NCBI GenBank assembly: GCA_024626585.2
Contig: JANKJI020000002.1
Location: forward strand, 156,281,151 to 156,305,490
Reading direction: 5' to 3'
Source: Ginkgo biloba
Lineage: Eukaryota > Plantae > Ginkgophyta
DNA: 24,340 nucleotides
Of the stretch, positions 1 through 10,436 are shown in pieces (within the stretch, counting starts at the first letter, position 1; each line of letters begins with the position of its first letter). The notes under the pieces were generated by a model. That model was not told where the DNA came from and made no database searches. It worked only from the letters and a program-made list of their open reading frames with translations. The position numbers and the translations under genes were made by a program.

Positions 1-1221
1 ATTTTAGAGACCATAATGAAGTAGTGGAATTTGCCAACAATTGAATATTCACCACCTTATACCTAAGGCCACATCCATCTAATGCCTGGTATGGTAATAT
101 TGCAGCCCTCCAGAAGACTAGAATGCTAACATATTGTGAGACCATTTCCTCTAACACTTGCTTGAGGTGGTGCTTTAGCTAACATTGCTCCCATGCTTGC
201 CTCAAGTTAGCACAATCAACTATGTTGCAAGTTATCTATTTTTACACGAGGAAACTTATTTTTGTTCTTCTCCCAATTCGAATTTGCACAATGGGAAGAA
301 CTCATATTGAACCAGGCAAATGTCACTTTCTTAAGATTACTTTTTACAAGCTCCAAAAAATGCTAGGGCATCTTATTATCAAGAAGAACCTCCCAAGTTG
401 CTTGCATCTTACTATCAACTTATCACTCATATCCGTGTCTCTAGTTACTCAATCTCCAACACTCCTTTATTTGAATACACTCATTCTCCCTCCCTCTTAA
501 AGAATTTTGTGATCAAGATAGATATTATAAATGTATCCTTGTGACGTGCATGCTTATCATTTAGTGACATGCACTTAGGGATCTGTAAACTAATTTTGGA
601 AGTTATTGGTCTCAACCTTGGGTAGCCCACAATATTTTTTGATGGGTGCACTATCTTTGTCAAAGAATGTTGAGATTGTTCATGTGATTTTATGGAGTGC
701 ATCCTCTTCACCCAAGTGGCTATAGCACTAATTGCAACATCATCAAATTGAAATATGATTGAATTTGTTTTAGTGTGGCATGCTCCTCACCCCATATTTT
801 CCTTCAAAAAAATAGTTTTTCTTGTAAATTTTTTTAGCCAATGCAATACACTAGCCAAACAACAGGCGTAAAATTGTTTGATGACTATACAAGAATCTTA
901 CTACTGCATGGGCACTCGACAAGTGCAGTTCTCCGACACGCTCTCCAAAAGCAACCGTTTTTTCCCTTATTATTTTGGGACNNNNNNNNNNTGCATCCTC
1001 TAGGCAAGTTAAAATTGTTTGAATTTGATAGTGGAAACCACTCGATGATGCTCCTATTAAACATTACTCGGATGATTTATTTTCTTAGACTTGCTTGTGG
1101 GAAATTTTGCTACACAAATCTTGGAAGTGCCATGAGAGATCATTAATGCTTATATGCTCTTAGATTTCAACTATTTGTGCCTCGAATGGTGTTTTAATAA
1201 CAAGCATACATGCTAGCTTAA

Positions 1222-1938
1222 NNNNNNNNNNNNNNNNNNNNNNNNNNNNNNNNNNNNNNNNNNNNNNNNNNNNNNNNNNNNNNNNNNNNNNNNNNNNNNN
1301 NNNNNNNNNNNNNNNNNNNNNNNNNNNNNNNNNNNNNNNNNNNNNNNNNNNNNNNNNNNNNNNNNNNNNNNNNNNNNNNNNNNNNNNNNNNNNNNNNNNN
1401 NNNNNNNNNNNNNNNNNNNNNNNNNNNNNNNNNNNNNNNNNNNNNNNNNNNNNNNNNNNNNNNNNNNNNNNNNNNNNNNNNNNNNNNNNNNNNNNNNNNN
1501 NNNNNNNNNNNNNNNNNNNNNNNNNNNNNNNNNNNNNNNNNNNNNNNNNNNNNNNNNNNNNNNNNNNNNNNNNNNNNNNNNNNNNNNNNNNNNNNNNNNN
1601 NNNNNNNNNNNNNNNNNNNNNNNNNNNNNNNNNNNNNNNNNNNNNNNNNNNNNNNNNNNNNNNNNNNNNNNNNNNNNNNNNNNNNNNNNNNNNNNNNNNN
1701 NNNNNNNNNNNNNNNNNNNNNNNNNNNNNNNNNNNNNNNNNNNNNNNNNNNNNNNNNNNNNNNNNNNNNNNNNNNNNNNNNNNNNNNNNNNNNNNNNNNN
1801 NNNNNNNNNNNNNNNNNNNNNNNNNNNNNNNNNNNNNNNNNNNNNNNNNNNNNNNNNNNNNNNNNNNNNNNNNNNNNNNNNNNNNNNNNNNNNNNNNNNN
1901 NNNNNNNNNNNNNNNNNNNNNNNNNNNNNNNNNNNNNN
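1222..1938. other. Assembly gap (largest of 12 N-runs)
   Basis: N-runs at 982-991, 1222-1938, 4730-5093, 6372-6456, 9109-9208, 11427-11564, 12305-12404, 12616-12636, 16841-16940, 18168-18279, 18864-18873 and 23059-23158. Several are exactly 10 or 100 N, typical of scaffold gaps of unknown size. Confidence 0.95.
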
Positions 1939-3389
1939 AAGGCCACTTATAAATCTTCAATTTTGATCCAATAATTGTGCCTTCATATAGGCTTACATCC
2001 ATCTTGAAGAATTATATTTTCCAATTGTGCATCTTCCTTGCCACTTAAAAAGGCCCTAACCATCTGCACTTCATGTTGCAAGTTTGATCGTGCTTTTTCA
2101 ATCACACTTGAATATGCACAATGCTTAGATGTTTTGTTGCTTGAGATGCTTGTTGTGCCATTATTTTGCCTCTACTAAGATATGACATTATCCCATTGGT
2201 TTGTTTATTCTCACAGGGCTTCAAAGGCATCAAGCTTGGTTTCAAAGCCTTTTTGACCTCCCAATCTACTGCCCTCTATTTTAGGACTATAAATTGTAGG
2301 GGAACCATTGCCTTAACTTTGTTACTTGAAATGAAAGATACCCTGTTGTCACCTTATATGCTGCTCAAAAAATAAAACAAGTTGCTCATAGATTCTTTAT
2401 CCAATTTATAGGGATGGATATGTCAACAACGAATGGAACCAAGCTATTTTTATGCTTGAATCAAATTTGTACTTGCTACTTTCGAGGAGGATTGGTTTCA
2501 CTAGTTGTGTAGAAGCAACCTTTGCCATGCTTAGTCTATAACCAATGATGCCTTGAGAGACAAGATTGATCCCGCACCAAAAGTTGGCTCAACAACTTGT
2601 CTTTCATGCATATTTTGAAACTTATTGGGCTCTCACACCAGGTGAAGGTAGATGGTAGAATAAATAAAGGTTGGCAACTTCTGCCTTGTAAAAGAATAAG
2701 ACACACTGATATGTTCCAATATCATTGGAATATACAACCACTTTGGTGGTTGTCATAGGAGAGTGCAATTTCATGATTTGTGGGCCTAATTTGGTGGTCA
2801 TTAGGGCCCAAGAAAACACACCTACTGACTAAATACACAACCTCACTCCCTTACCTTGACCACTCTTATGAATCCCATTGTAATTAGGGATGTTTCTAAA
2901 TGCTTCTTGATTGTAGCAAAATTTTCTTGTACACTCTCAGGCAATTGTTGACTCACTTATTCATCCTTTAGGCTTCATCAATACTAGGGCAGTTCACAAA
3001 TGCCTACCAATAATTGCACATTTAATGAAATAAAGATGGTTAATTGATTATTTTCAAATTTGAGACTTTAGTGTGGTCTCCACTTCATACACTAACTCCT
3101 TTGTGTGTTGATTCTATTACCTAACCCATACGTCATCTAGTGAATGAACTAGGAGGTAGGTAAATGGGCAACTATTGATTGGCTAGTGGGCACTAAGGGA
3201 CGATTGCATATTCAATCATAGGAAAGACAATCCTTATCATCTGATTTGTTGTTGGCTCATTAAGACCCTCGTCCCTTATACATTATTAATGATCTCATCA
3301 AGGAAGGGAGGATCAAGGGCACCAATTGGTCACAACACTCCGTGGACCTAGATAATGTCTTCAGGTCAAGTAGTGCAAAGGGAAAGGAG

Positions 3390-4473
3390 TGACAATGATG
3401 CATGTAATTTATTGCTAGAAGTTAGCTACCTCTATCTGCATTGGATATTTCCTTGTTGAACAATATATCCATACTTTATGATCTTATGGGTCAAATAATG
3501 GCTTAACACTTATCAAGCTCAAATTGCATCGTTTTTACAAATGAGAATTCCTTTTGTTATGTCTCATTAGCAAGATTCTAGTGGCAAGATAAAATAGTAA
3601 TTTATGACGAATTTCACATATAGTGATAGACGACAATGGCACTGAATGGCATGGAATCCTTAAGAATGATGCATCATATGACATGGCATGATCTTCACAA
3701 AATAGCATTGATGATGTGTGAACAACATAGAACATGACATCAATAGGTCAATGATGCATTGATGATGGCAGAATAGTGAACTACAAAGGGTAACATTAGC
3801 TAGAAGGTTGATGTCATCCCTAAAACAACGCCTTAATTACAACATCAAATGTTGTCACGAAGTCACTTTAAATGCAACATGAATCACATTAATTACAACA
3901 TTACATGTTGTTATGAAGTCAAATTAAATACAAAATAAGGAGTTTCATTAATTATAGTATTAAATGTTGTTATGAATTCACATTAAATGCCAAGGAGAAT
4001 CACATTAATTAAAGAAAATAATTATGTCAACAAATAAAGTTAAGTTGAGGTGTAATAATTGCTCTTACTAAGTTTCATTTATTACCCTAAATGAAGGGTG
4101 CATTTGATGAAAGATAAGAAAGGATAAAATAATAAATGAAATGACACCTAGGGTTAGGGTTACAACACAAAATTAGGAAAGACATGTCATTTCAATAAAT
4201 GAAGAGAGAATATTATAATTGGGGAGAGAAATGCTGCCCTAGGTGTGAGACGAATTTTATGGTCTAGGGTTTGGTGTGAGAGACTTAACCTTACCCATAA
4301 ATGCATTGTACTATCATTGTTCTAGTAAATAAATGAGCTTTTGTACTCCAATCTTGTGCAATTAATGTTCGCACTATGATGTTATGTTGTAATAAATGCA
4401 TGCCCTTATTATGACGTGTAAATGCTAACTTGTTGCTAACGTGGATTCCACATCTTAGACCCACATTTAATCA
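3390..4473 (+). repeat. Putative LTR of element A
   Basis: Begins with TG at 3390 after a purine run and ends ...ATCA at 4473 before the PBS-like motif. Contains a TATA-like CCCATAAAT (~4295), AATAAA motifs and internal tandem repeats. No second copy is in the window, so boundaries are unconfirmed. Confidence 0.4.
3833..4011. repeat. Tandem repeat, about 3.1 copies of a 56-59 bp unit with an internal hairpin
   Basis: Units start at 3833, 3889, 3948 and 4005 (TTAATTAyArYAT...ATGTTGTYAYGAA). Copies 1 and 2 contain ACAACAT-nnn-ATGTTGT, a 7-bp perfect inverted repeat. Confidence 0.9.
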
Positions 4474-4478
4474 ACTTT

Positions 4479-4491
4479 TAGTTCCGTTGCC
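4479..4491 (+). promoter_or_regulatory. Degenerate primer-binding site (tRNA-Asp type) of element A
   Basis: TAGTTCCGTTGCC matches the Athila-type PBS TGGCGCCGTTGCC at 10 of 13 positions and follows ...ATCA-ACTTT. Confidence 0.5.
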
Positions 4492-5093
4492 TTATTTCTG
4501 CAAAGGAAACGGGCTTAGTGACGTCAAAAGGAGGCCTTGACACTAGGACAAGGTTGAACAAGTTGTGAAATTGATGTCTGAATTACGACAATCCTTGGCT
4601 ACGGTTGAAATGATGGATCCTAACTACACCTAGCGATAGCCAGGGGTTCACCCAATGCCATTGTGAGGATAAAAGGGTGCCAAAGCAGTAATAAAGAAGG
4701 AGACAAGGGCAAAGAGGTAGGTTCATTGGNNNNNNNNNNNNNNNNNNNNNNNNNNNNNNNNNNNNNNNNNNNNNNNNNNNNNNNNNNNNNNNNNNNNNNN
4801 NNNNNNNNNNNNNNNNNNNNNNNNNNNNNNNNNNNNNNNNNNNNNNNNNNNNNNNNNNNNNNNNNNNNNNNNNNNNNNNNNNNNNNNNNNNNNNNNNNNN
4901 NNNNNNNNNNNNNNNNNNNNNNNNNNNNNNNNNNNNNNNNNNNNNNNNNNNNNNNNNNNNNNNNNNNNNNNNNNNNNNNNNNNNNNNNNNNNNNNNNNNN
5001 NNNNNNNNNNNNNNNNNNNNNNNNNNNNNNNNNNNNNNNNNNNNNNNNNNNNNNNNNNNNNNNNNNNNNNNNNNNNNNNNNNNNNNNNNNNNN

Positions 5094-7233
5094 ACTTATC
5101 AAGTTTGTTGGTTGAAGATGTAAACAATAGTAAAAGTTTAGAAGATTTGGAGGGATTTGAATAGAGATCACCTAAAGCCATGCAACAATCACATATGTCG
5201 TATAGTGTACAAAAGAACCGTTTGTATAAAAGTATGGCGAATTCAACTATTGGCATGATAAACCCCCAACAAGAGACCACATCAGGAGGACATATAGGAA
5301 GTCCTACACCAAACCAAAGCCAAAAGATAGCAACAACTCTAGATCTTATCACATAAGCTTTGTCAACAATTGGAATCCAACACAAACCCACTTCAATGTT
5401 GGAACAAGCTTGTTTAATAACATTACTTTTTTTACAAGCACAAGTAATGGGAAGACTCCATTCAATGTTGGATTGAGTAAAATGAACCTCAACAACCCAT
5501 CCACCAGTATGGACACTAGTGTGAATCAAAACAATCAGTTTGGCTTCAACTTGGTTGGATGACAAAATAAAGCTTCCCCAACTTAGAGTAGTAGTTGTAG
5601 AAGTCTAAGCAACACCTTGGGTGGGTTCTCCAGTTCTCACCAAGCAAATTTCTATAGCAGTCCCACCAACATTCAAAGTTCAAACCCTTCATTGACCTCA
5701 ATCAATCCATCAACAATTATAATACAAGTTGTGGGAATATGTCCAACACAAATATCAGTGGAACAAATGGTAAGACCCAACAAAGTAACATTCAAAACTC
5801 AAACAAAGGAATATTTAGAAGCAATGCCAAACCTAAATTCAAAAGCAATACCAGTAGCATCCCACAATTCAACATCAATGTTTCTTTTAACAATAATCAA
5901 AATTTTCTAGGAAATTATATGGGGAATAACTTCAACACCAACAACAAAAACTCCAGTTCATATGGAGGACTATTCAACAACTTAAGAGGCAACTATATAC
6001 TCCTAATAGCTACAGTTTTAATAATAATTTTAATCGCAACGAAAATCATTATGAAAAATCTCAATAATAGTGGCACTTGCAACAATGACAATTTCAACTA
6101 GGGAGCCTACCACGACGTCAATTATAATGATGGAAGTTCCATAGGGGAAATGGAGGAACCTTCATTGCCAGAAATTTCAATGGAGGAAATTATAGTGGGG
6201 GAGGTCATGGCAAAAAACCAAATAATGGAATAATAGGGGGCAATAATGGAGGATGTAACGGTTCCAATAGTGAATACCATGGAGGACAATCCCTAATGTA
6301 CTTGCTTGCAGATAATTCATTATCCCACCTAGTATATGATGGATACCATGATCCATTTGAGCACTTAGCACNNNNNNNNNNNNNNNNNNNNNNNNNNNNN
6401 NNNNNNNNNNNNNNNNNNNNNNNNNNNNNNNNNNNNNNNNNNNNNNNNNNNNNNNNATTGTTATGGTTTGAATGTGTGTCAACATTTGTGACCAATGATC
6501 CAAGAACTTTTCTTAAATAGATTCCAAAACTTGAATGACCTCACACTAGTATACAAGGCTTTAAAAGAGATTATATAACATTATGATGAAATGGTACAAA
6601 ACTATGATGAAAGACTTCAAGTCCTAGCCTTCGAATTAGCATGACCTAATACGTTTTCACCTCTAGCTATGATGAACTACATTGTTGATGAACTACTGCC
6701 ACCATATCAATAGAAAATACGCTATCATCCCATTCAAAGCTATGAACAAGTGCTTCACTTGGCTATGGTATTTAGTTTAATGGAAATAGTGTTAAATTAT
6801 AGAGCATTAGATTTATTGAACAATAGGGTATTCTCCCCGTTGCATAGATGCTTACCATCTCCTTCTCCTTGGCTATGGCATTTGAAAATCAAACGTGTAT
6901 GGGTGCGCCTAACCAACCTCGACATCAATGGAACCTGAGGATTTTCCACCAGATTATGCATTGTACCATTATCGAAACATCAACAAAGTTGCACCCAAGT
7001 AGAAGGAAAGTGATGAAATTGAGAAACTTTGAGCCGAAATTGCCAAGTTGAAGTTAGAGAAGAAGGAATCAAATGGGGGTAATATGTCTGCATCGAAAGA
7101 ACATAACAAAGCTAATAGAAACCAAATAACCCCCAACAACCAAAAGAATGATGCTAACAAATTATGGTGGTTGATTTGTTGGAAATACAGTCATGACACC
7201 AAAGATTGCCATTCCATATCACACAACTACTAA
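5094..7233 (+). pseudogene. gag: Gag pseudogene of element A (N/G/Q/S-rich N-terminus, capsid, CCHC knuckle)
   Basis: One frame from 6131 reads ...NFNGGNYSGGGHGKKPNNGIIGGNNGGCNGSNSEYHGGQSLMYLLADNSLSHLVYDGYHDPFEHLA. The C-terminus reads W(W)LICWKYSHDTKDC, a degenerate CX2CX4HX4C. Many stops and frameshifts. Confidence 0.7.
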
Positions 7234-7259
7234 AATAACCCAAATTGAGGACAAGGCAT

Positions 7260-7790
7260 ATAGTAGCAACATTACTTGATCCAAAAAGGAATAACCAATT
7301 ACTCATGATGCCCATCTCTAGTGGTTAATGCAATCTTCTCCACGTCCTTAGGATGAATCCTGATCTGATGATAGTCGTTCCTGAAGTCTTAGAGAAAACA
7401 ATCGCTCCTTTTATGGTATCCAAAATGTCATTAATCTTGGGAAGAGGATATTTGTCCTTAATTGTTACTTTGTTGAAGGCATGCTAATCCACACGCATCC
7501 TCATCAATCCATCCTTTTTCTTCACAAGTAACAATGGTGCACTATAAGAAGACTTAAGAGGCCTTATGAAACCTTGTTTTGACAATTCCTGAATTTCCTT
7601 TTTGACCTCCTCTTTTTCCACATGGCTCAACCTATAGGGAAACCTATAAGTGGGGTTTGATCTTTCTTCCAACTCAATTTGGTGGTCCACTTCCCTCTCA
7701 ACTGGCAACTTCTTGGGAACCTCATCTAGAAACACATCTACATATTCTTTCAAGAGTAGCTTCATTTCTTCCTTAACCTCCTTTTTGTCA
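7260..7790 (-). pseudogene. pol: Reverse transcriptase N-terminal half of element B
   Basis: [85 protein letters not shown] / [34 protein letters not shown] / GSSN. These are canonical chromovirus RT motifs with stops and frameshifts, ending before YxDD. Confidence 0.95.
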
Positions 7791-8479
7791 TTTCCTTCAC
7801 TTGGAGCTTCTACAACAATAAGACCATATCATTCATTGTTGGTCTTTCTTGTAACTCTCTTTAGTTGCACTACAGAGACAAGGGGAATTTGACAAGAGAA
7901 TTTGTCCCCATATAACTTCAATTTCTTTCCTTGAGGAAAATACAAGATATGGTGTCTTAATAAAGTGTGGATATCGTCCTACAACAACTATTTCTATCTC
8001 AAAATGGCGCCATATCTCACAATCTTCATGATGTCAAAGATGGTTTTCATAAGTTTGGACAATAATTGAAACCTTGGCGACAAATTCTTCCTACATTTGG
8101 ACCTTGTTTTCGCCCACCAATTCCACTTCATCAATGTTAATCTTCCCTTTAATGACAAATAGTTAATAGTTCAACATTAACAAATCTTTTGAATTCTCTT
8201 AAGCATACCCTCTAGGGAAGAGCCATCTTAGAGTTTGTTTCCCTACACACCACTAACACCACCCTCTTATTATCCTTAAACATTGTTGCTAAGGCAAAAG
8301 CAAGGACAAGACCTTTTTGGATGGTCTCCTCCACATTCAAAGCACTTCATGGGAGGTCTTTTTTCTTCCTTCTATTAAGGAGGTTTCTCTCCTTTATTCT
8401 CCTCCCTTTGTTTTGAAATGGAGGCTTTTGGAAAGAACTTTTAAAATGATGGTTGCTTACCAAAGTTTTGATACAACTT

Positions 8480-9100
8480 CAAATCCCTCTTTTGCTAGAA
8501 GTGTTGCTTGAATCTTGATTGCACAACTTCAATTTGTAGGGCATTATTGACCACATGGTTGTAGGTCTCATGACCACCCCTCCTAGCTTGATACAGGGTT
8601 TCAATCCGTGTACAAATTGGTATACCCTATATATCATGGGCACATTAGAGAGACACAAATAGCCCATCCAACCTAGTACTAAACTCTTCGATTGAAACGA
8701 TTGGATTCAAGCCCATAACTTGACCATAAGGTTCTTCCATATCATTTTGTGGTGCAGGCTTTTTCAACAATATTGCTTTTATATCCTTCCAGTTTTCAAT
8801 TGGTGACTGCATCCCATCTTCTAATTCCATTTGAACGCCATTCCAATACGCTAGAGCTTTGCCCTTTAAAAGCAAAAGTCTCACGGTCGCCTTATTTTCG
8901 TCCGATATATGAAAGGATTCAAAAAAGGTCTCTATGGTCCTGCTTTGGTATCAAAATGAAGACCTTATTCCTCTTCCATCAAATCTAGCATCTTCAAGTT
9001 CTTCAATTGCTTAACATTTTTAAGCAATTTCCATTCTCTCTTGGCCTTCTTATGCCTTGTTCTTCTACTTGAGAATCTTCTGATACATCTTGTATCTCCT
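8480..9100 (-). pseudogene. gag: Gag pseudogene of element B
   Basis: RFDGRG..ETFFESFHISDENKATVRLLLLKGKALAYWN..IENWKDIKAILLKK and ..QFVHGLKPCIK. These match retrotransposon Gag motifs LxGxAxxWW, W..K...L and F..GL. Confidence 0.85.
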
Positions 9101-9208
9101 CATCATTGNNNNNNNNNNNNNNNNNNNNNNNNNNNNNNNNNNNNNNNNNNNNNNNNNNNNNNNNNNNNNNNNNNNNNNNNNNNNNNNNNNNNNNNNNNNN
9201 NNNNNNNN

Positions 9209-9631
9209 TTTGGGGTTTCTGTAGCATCAAAACCCTCCTCCAAGTCGCAATAGTTCAAGAGCAACAGTTCGCCATGCATGTAGAAGGTCAGGAGCAGAAA
9301 ATGGCGCTATAAAAGAGAAGCAGACGATGTAGACATAAGTAGAAAGCAGAGCTAGGCGCATATCTCACAATGAGGAATGAATTTAATGCACCTCCTTTGA
9401 GCCTCCTTTTATATGTCACCAAAAGGTACGTCTAAACTGAGTCGGCTCAGCATGTAGGCTCACACCCCTTCATATTTCTTTGCAAAAATGAGTATTCTAA
9501 CCCTTAGAGGTTGGCGCTAGGGTTTAGAAGGCCAGTTAGGGCTAATTAACCCCTAAAAAGGTGGCACTTAGGCTTAGGAAGGCCAGTTTACCCTTTTTTA
9601 CCTCTTTTTAACCCTTTTAAGGGTCCTACCA
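9209..9631 (-). repeat. Putative 5' LTR of element B
   Basis: Non-coding region upstream of gag. The minus strand starts TG at 9631 and has TATAAAAG near 9413-9406. A short internal duplication (..AGGCCAGTT) occurs at ~9529 and ~9580. The 3' end and PBS probably fall in the gap 9109-9208. Confidence 0.55.
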
Positions 9632-9637
9632 TCCTAA

Positions 9638-10436
9638 CCAGTTTACCCGTGGCAAATAATTGCCATGTTTGATTTGGAATTGATCAGAAAAAGATCCCCA
9701 TTATGAAGAAATAAATCATTAGTGTTGTAGGACAATGCAATTATAGTATTGGAGATCTTTTGGGGATTTAATAGTACGAGGGTTGTGGAAGGACCATCCA
9801 CTATTGTCTTTTTAAGGAAATTACTTGTTGGCAAATAATTTTTCTATCTCATCTCATTTCCATCCCATCTCCCTTATCTTATCTTTGTCCCTTGTTTCTA
9901 TCTCATCCCTTATCCCATTCCTTCTCTCCCATCTCCCATCCCTTACCTCCTGTCTTGTTTTGTTCATGTCTTCCATCCTGTTGCTGTCTCTCATTTCAGT
10001 TCCCATGTTGTTTTATTCTCGTCTTTAGCCTCTATTTTTTTCTGCCATGTTGTTCTCGTCTCTTGCCTCTGTTTTTTATTCTTGTGTAGACTTTATTCTC
10101 TATTTCCATCTCCATTCTCTATTTTAGTCTTGTCTCATGTCCCCTTCTTATTTTTCATCTCTATTCCTGTCACCCCTATTCCCTATGTTGTCTTCTTTGT
10201 TTACTACTCCCATCACCTATCACTATAAAGTTTAGTTGAAGAAGAAAAATATTCAAGAGGCAAAATTCCAGGATATTTTAGAATTCGCAAGTCAAAATTT
10301 AATTCAAGTTGCCATTCGCTTTGAACATTTTTTTATGATGTATAGCATTTATTATTTAATACTTGCTATTTTTCGAGTGAGGGGAGCCGGGTCAGCCAAA
10401 CATGCCTCTTTTTTTAGTATATAGTATAAGTATAGA
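9638..10436 (-). mobile_element. Non-autonomous Helitron
   Basis: On the minus strand the 5' end is A|TCTATACTTATACTATATACTAAAA at 10436 and the 3' end is CATGGCAA-TTAT-TTGCCACG-GGTAAA-CTGG|T ending at 9638 (hairpin plus CTRR). It sits between A and T with no TSD, and no Rep/helicase is recognisable. Caveat: CCAGTTTACCC also occurs at 9583-9593. Confidence 0.65.
9840..10215. repeat. Pyrimidine-rich degenerate microsatellite/minisatellite inside the Helitron
   Basis: Recurrent TCTCAT, TCCCAT, TCTTGT and TCTCGT units with a strong C/T strand bias. Confidence 0.8.

Larger units (their letters stand above)
3390..7255 (+). mobile_element. Element A: decayed non-chromovirus (Athila/Tat-like) Ty3/gypsy retrotransposon, 5' portion only (putative LTR, PBS, gag)
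   Basis: Gag capsid motif YDGYHDPFEHL (~6332-6370), zinc knuckle at 7165-7209, and a PBS-like motif at 4479-4491 just after a CA. The left boundary is tentative. No pol is present because the element is cut at ~7255. Confidence 0.7.
7260..9631 (-). mobile_element. Element B: decayed chromovirus-type Ty3/gypsy retrotransposon, truncated inside RT
   Basis: An LTR-like region, gag and the RT N-terminal half lie in the expected order on the minus strand. RNase H, integrase and the 3' LTR are absent. Confidence 0.9.

Noticed and set aside
1160-2002. Long ORFs in the supplied track (e.g. 1160-2002, 4620-5565, 22929-23222)
   Set aside because: Their length comes from reading through N-gaps or from the antisense strand of TE relics.
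4148-4272. Telomere-like TAGGGTTAGGGTT and TAGGGTTT (also at 9518-9525)
   Set aside because: Only one or two units, which is common in plant LTRs as telo-box-like motifs and is not an interstitial telomere.
8946-8955. TGGTATCAAA resembling a tRNA-Met PBS
   Set aside because: It is on the wrong strand for element B and lies inside its gag coding sequence.
9660-9830. Possible Helitron helicase C-terminal motifs (GID..GQ..TIVF/KE) on the + strand
   Set aside because: Motif spacing is wrong and the orientation is opposite to the Helitron termini.
9825-10089. Hydrophobic Leu/Ser/Cys-rich ORFs resembling membrane peptides
   Set aside because: They are translations of a pyrimidine-rich simple repeat.
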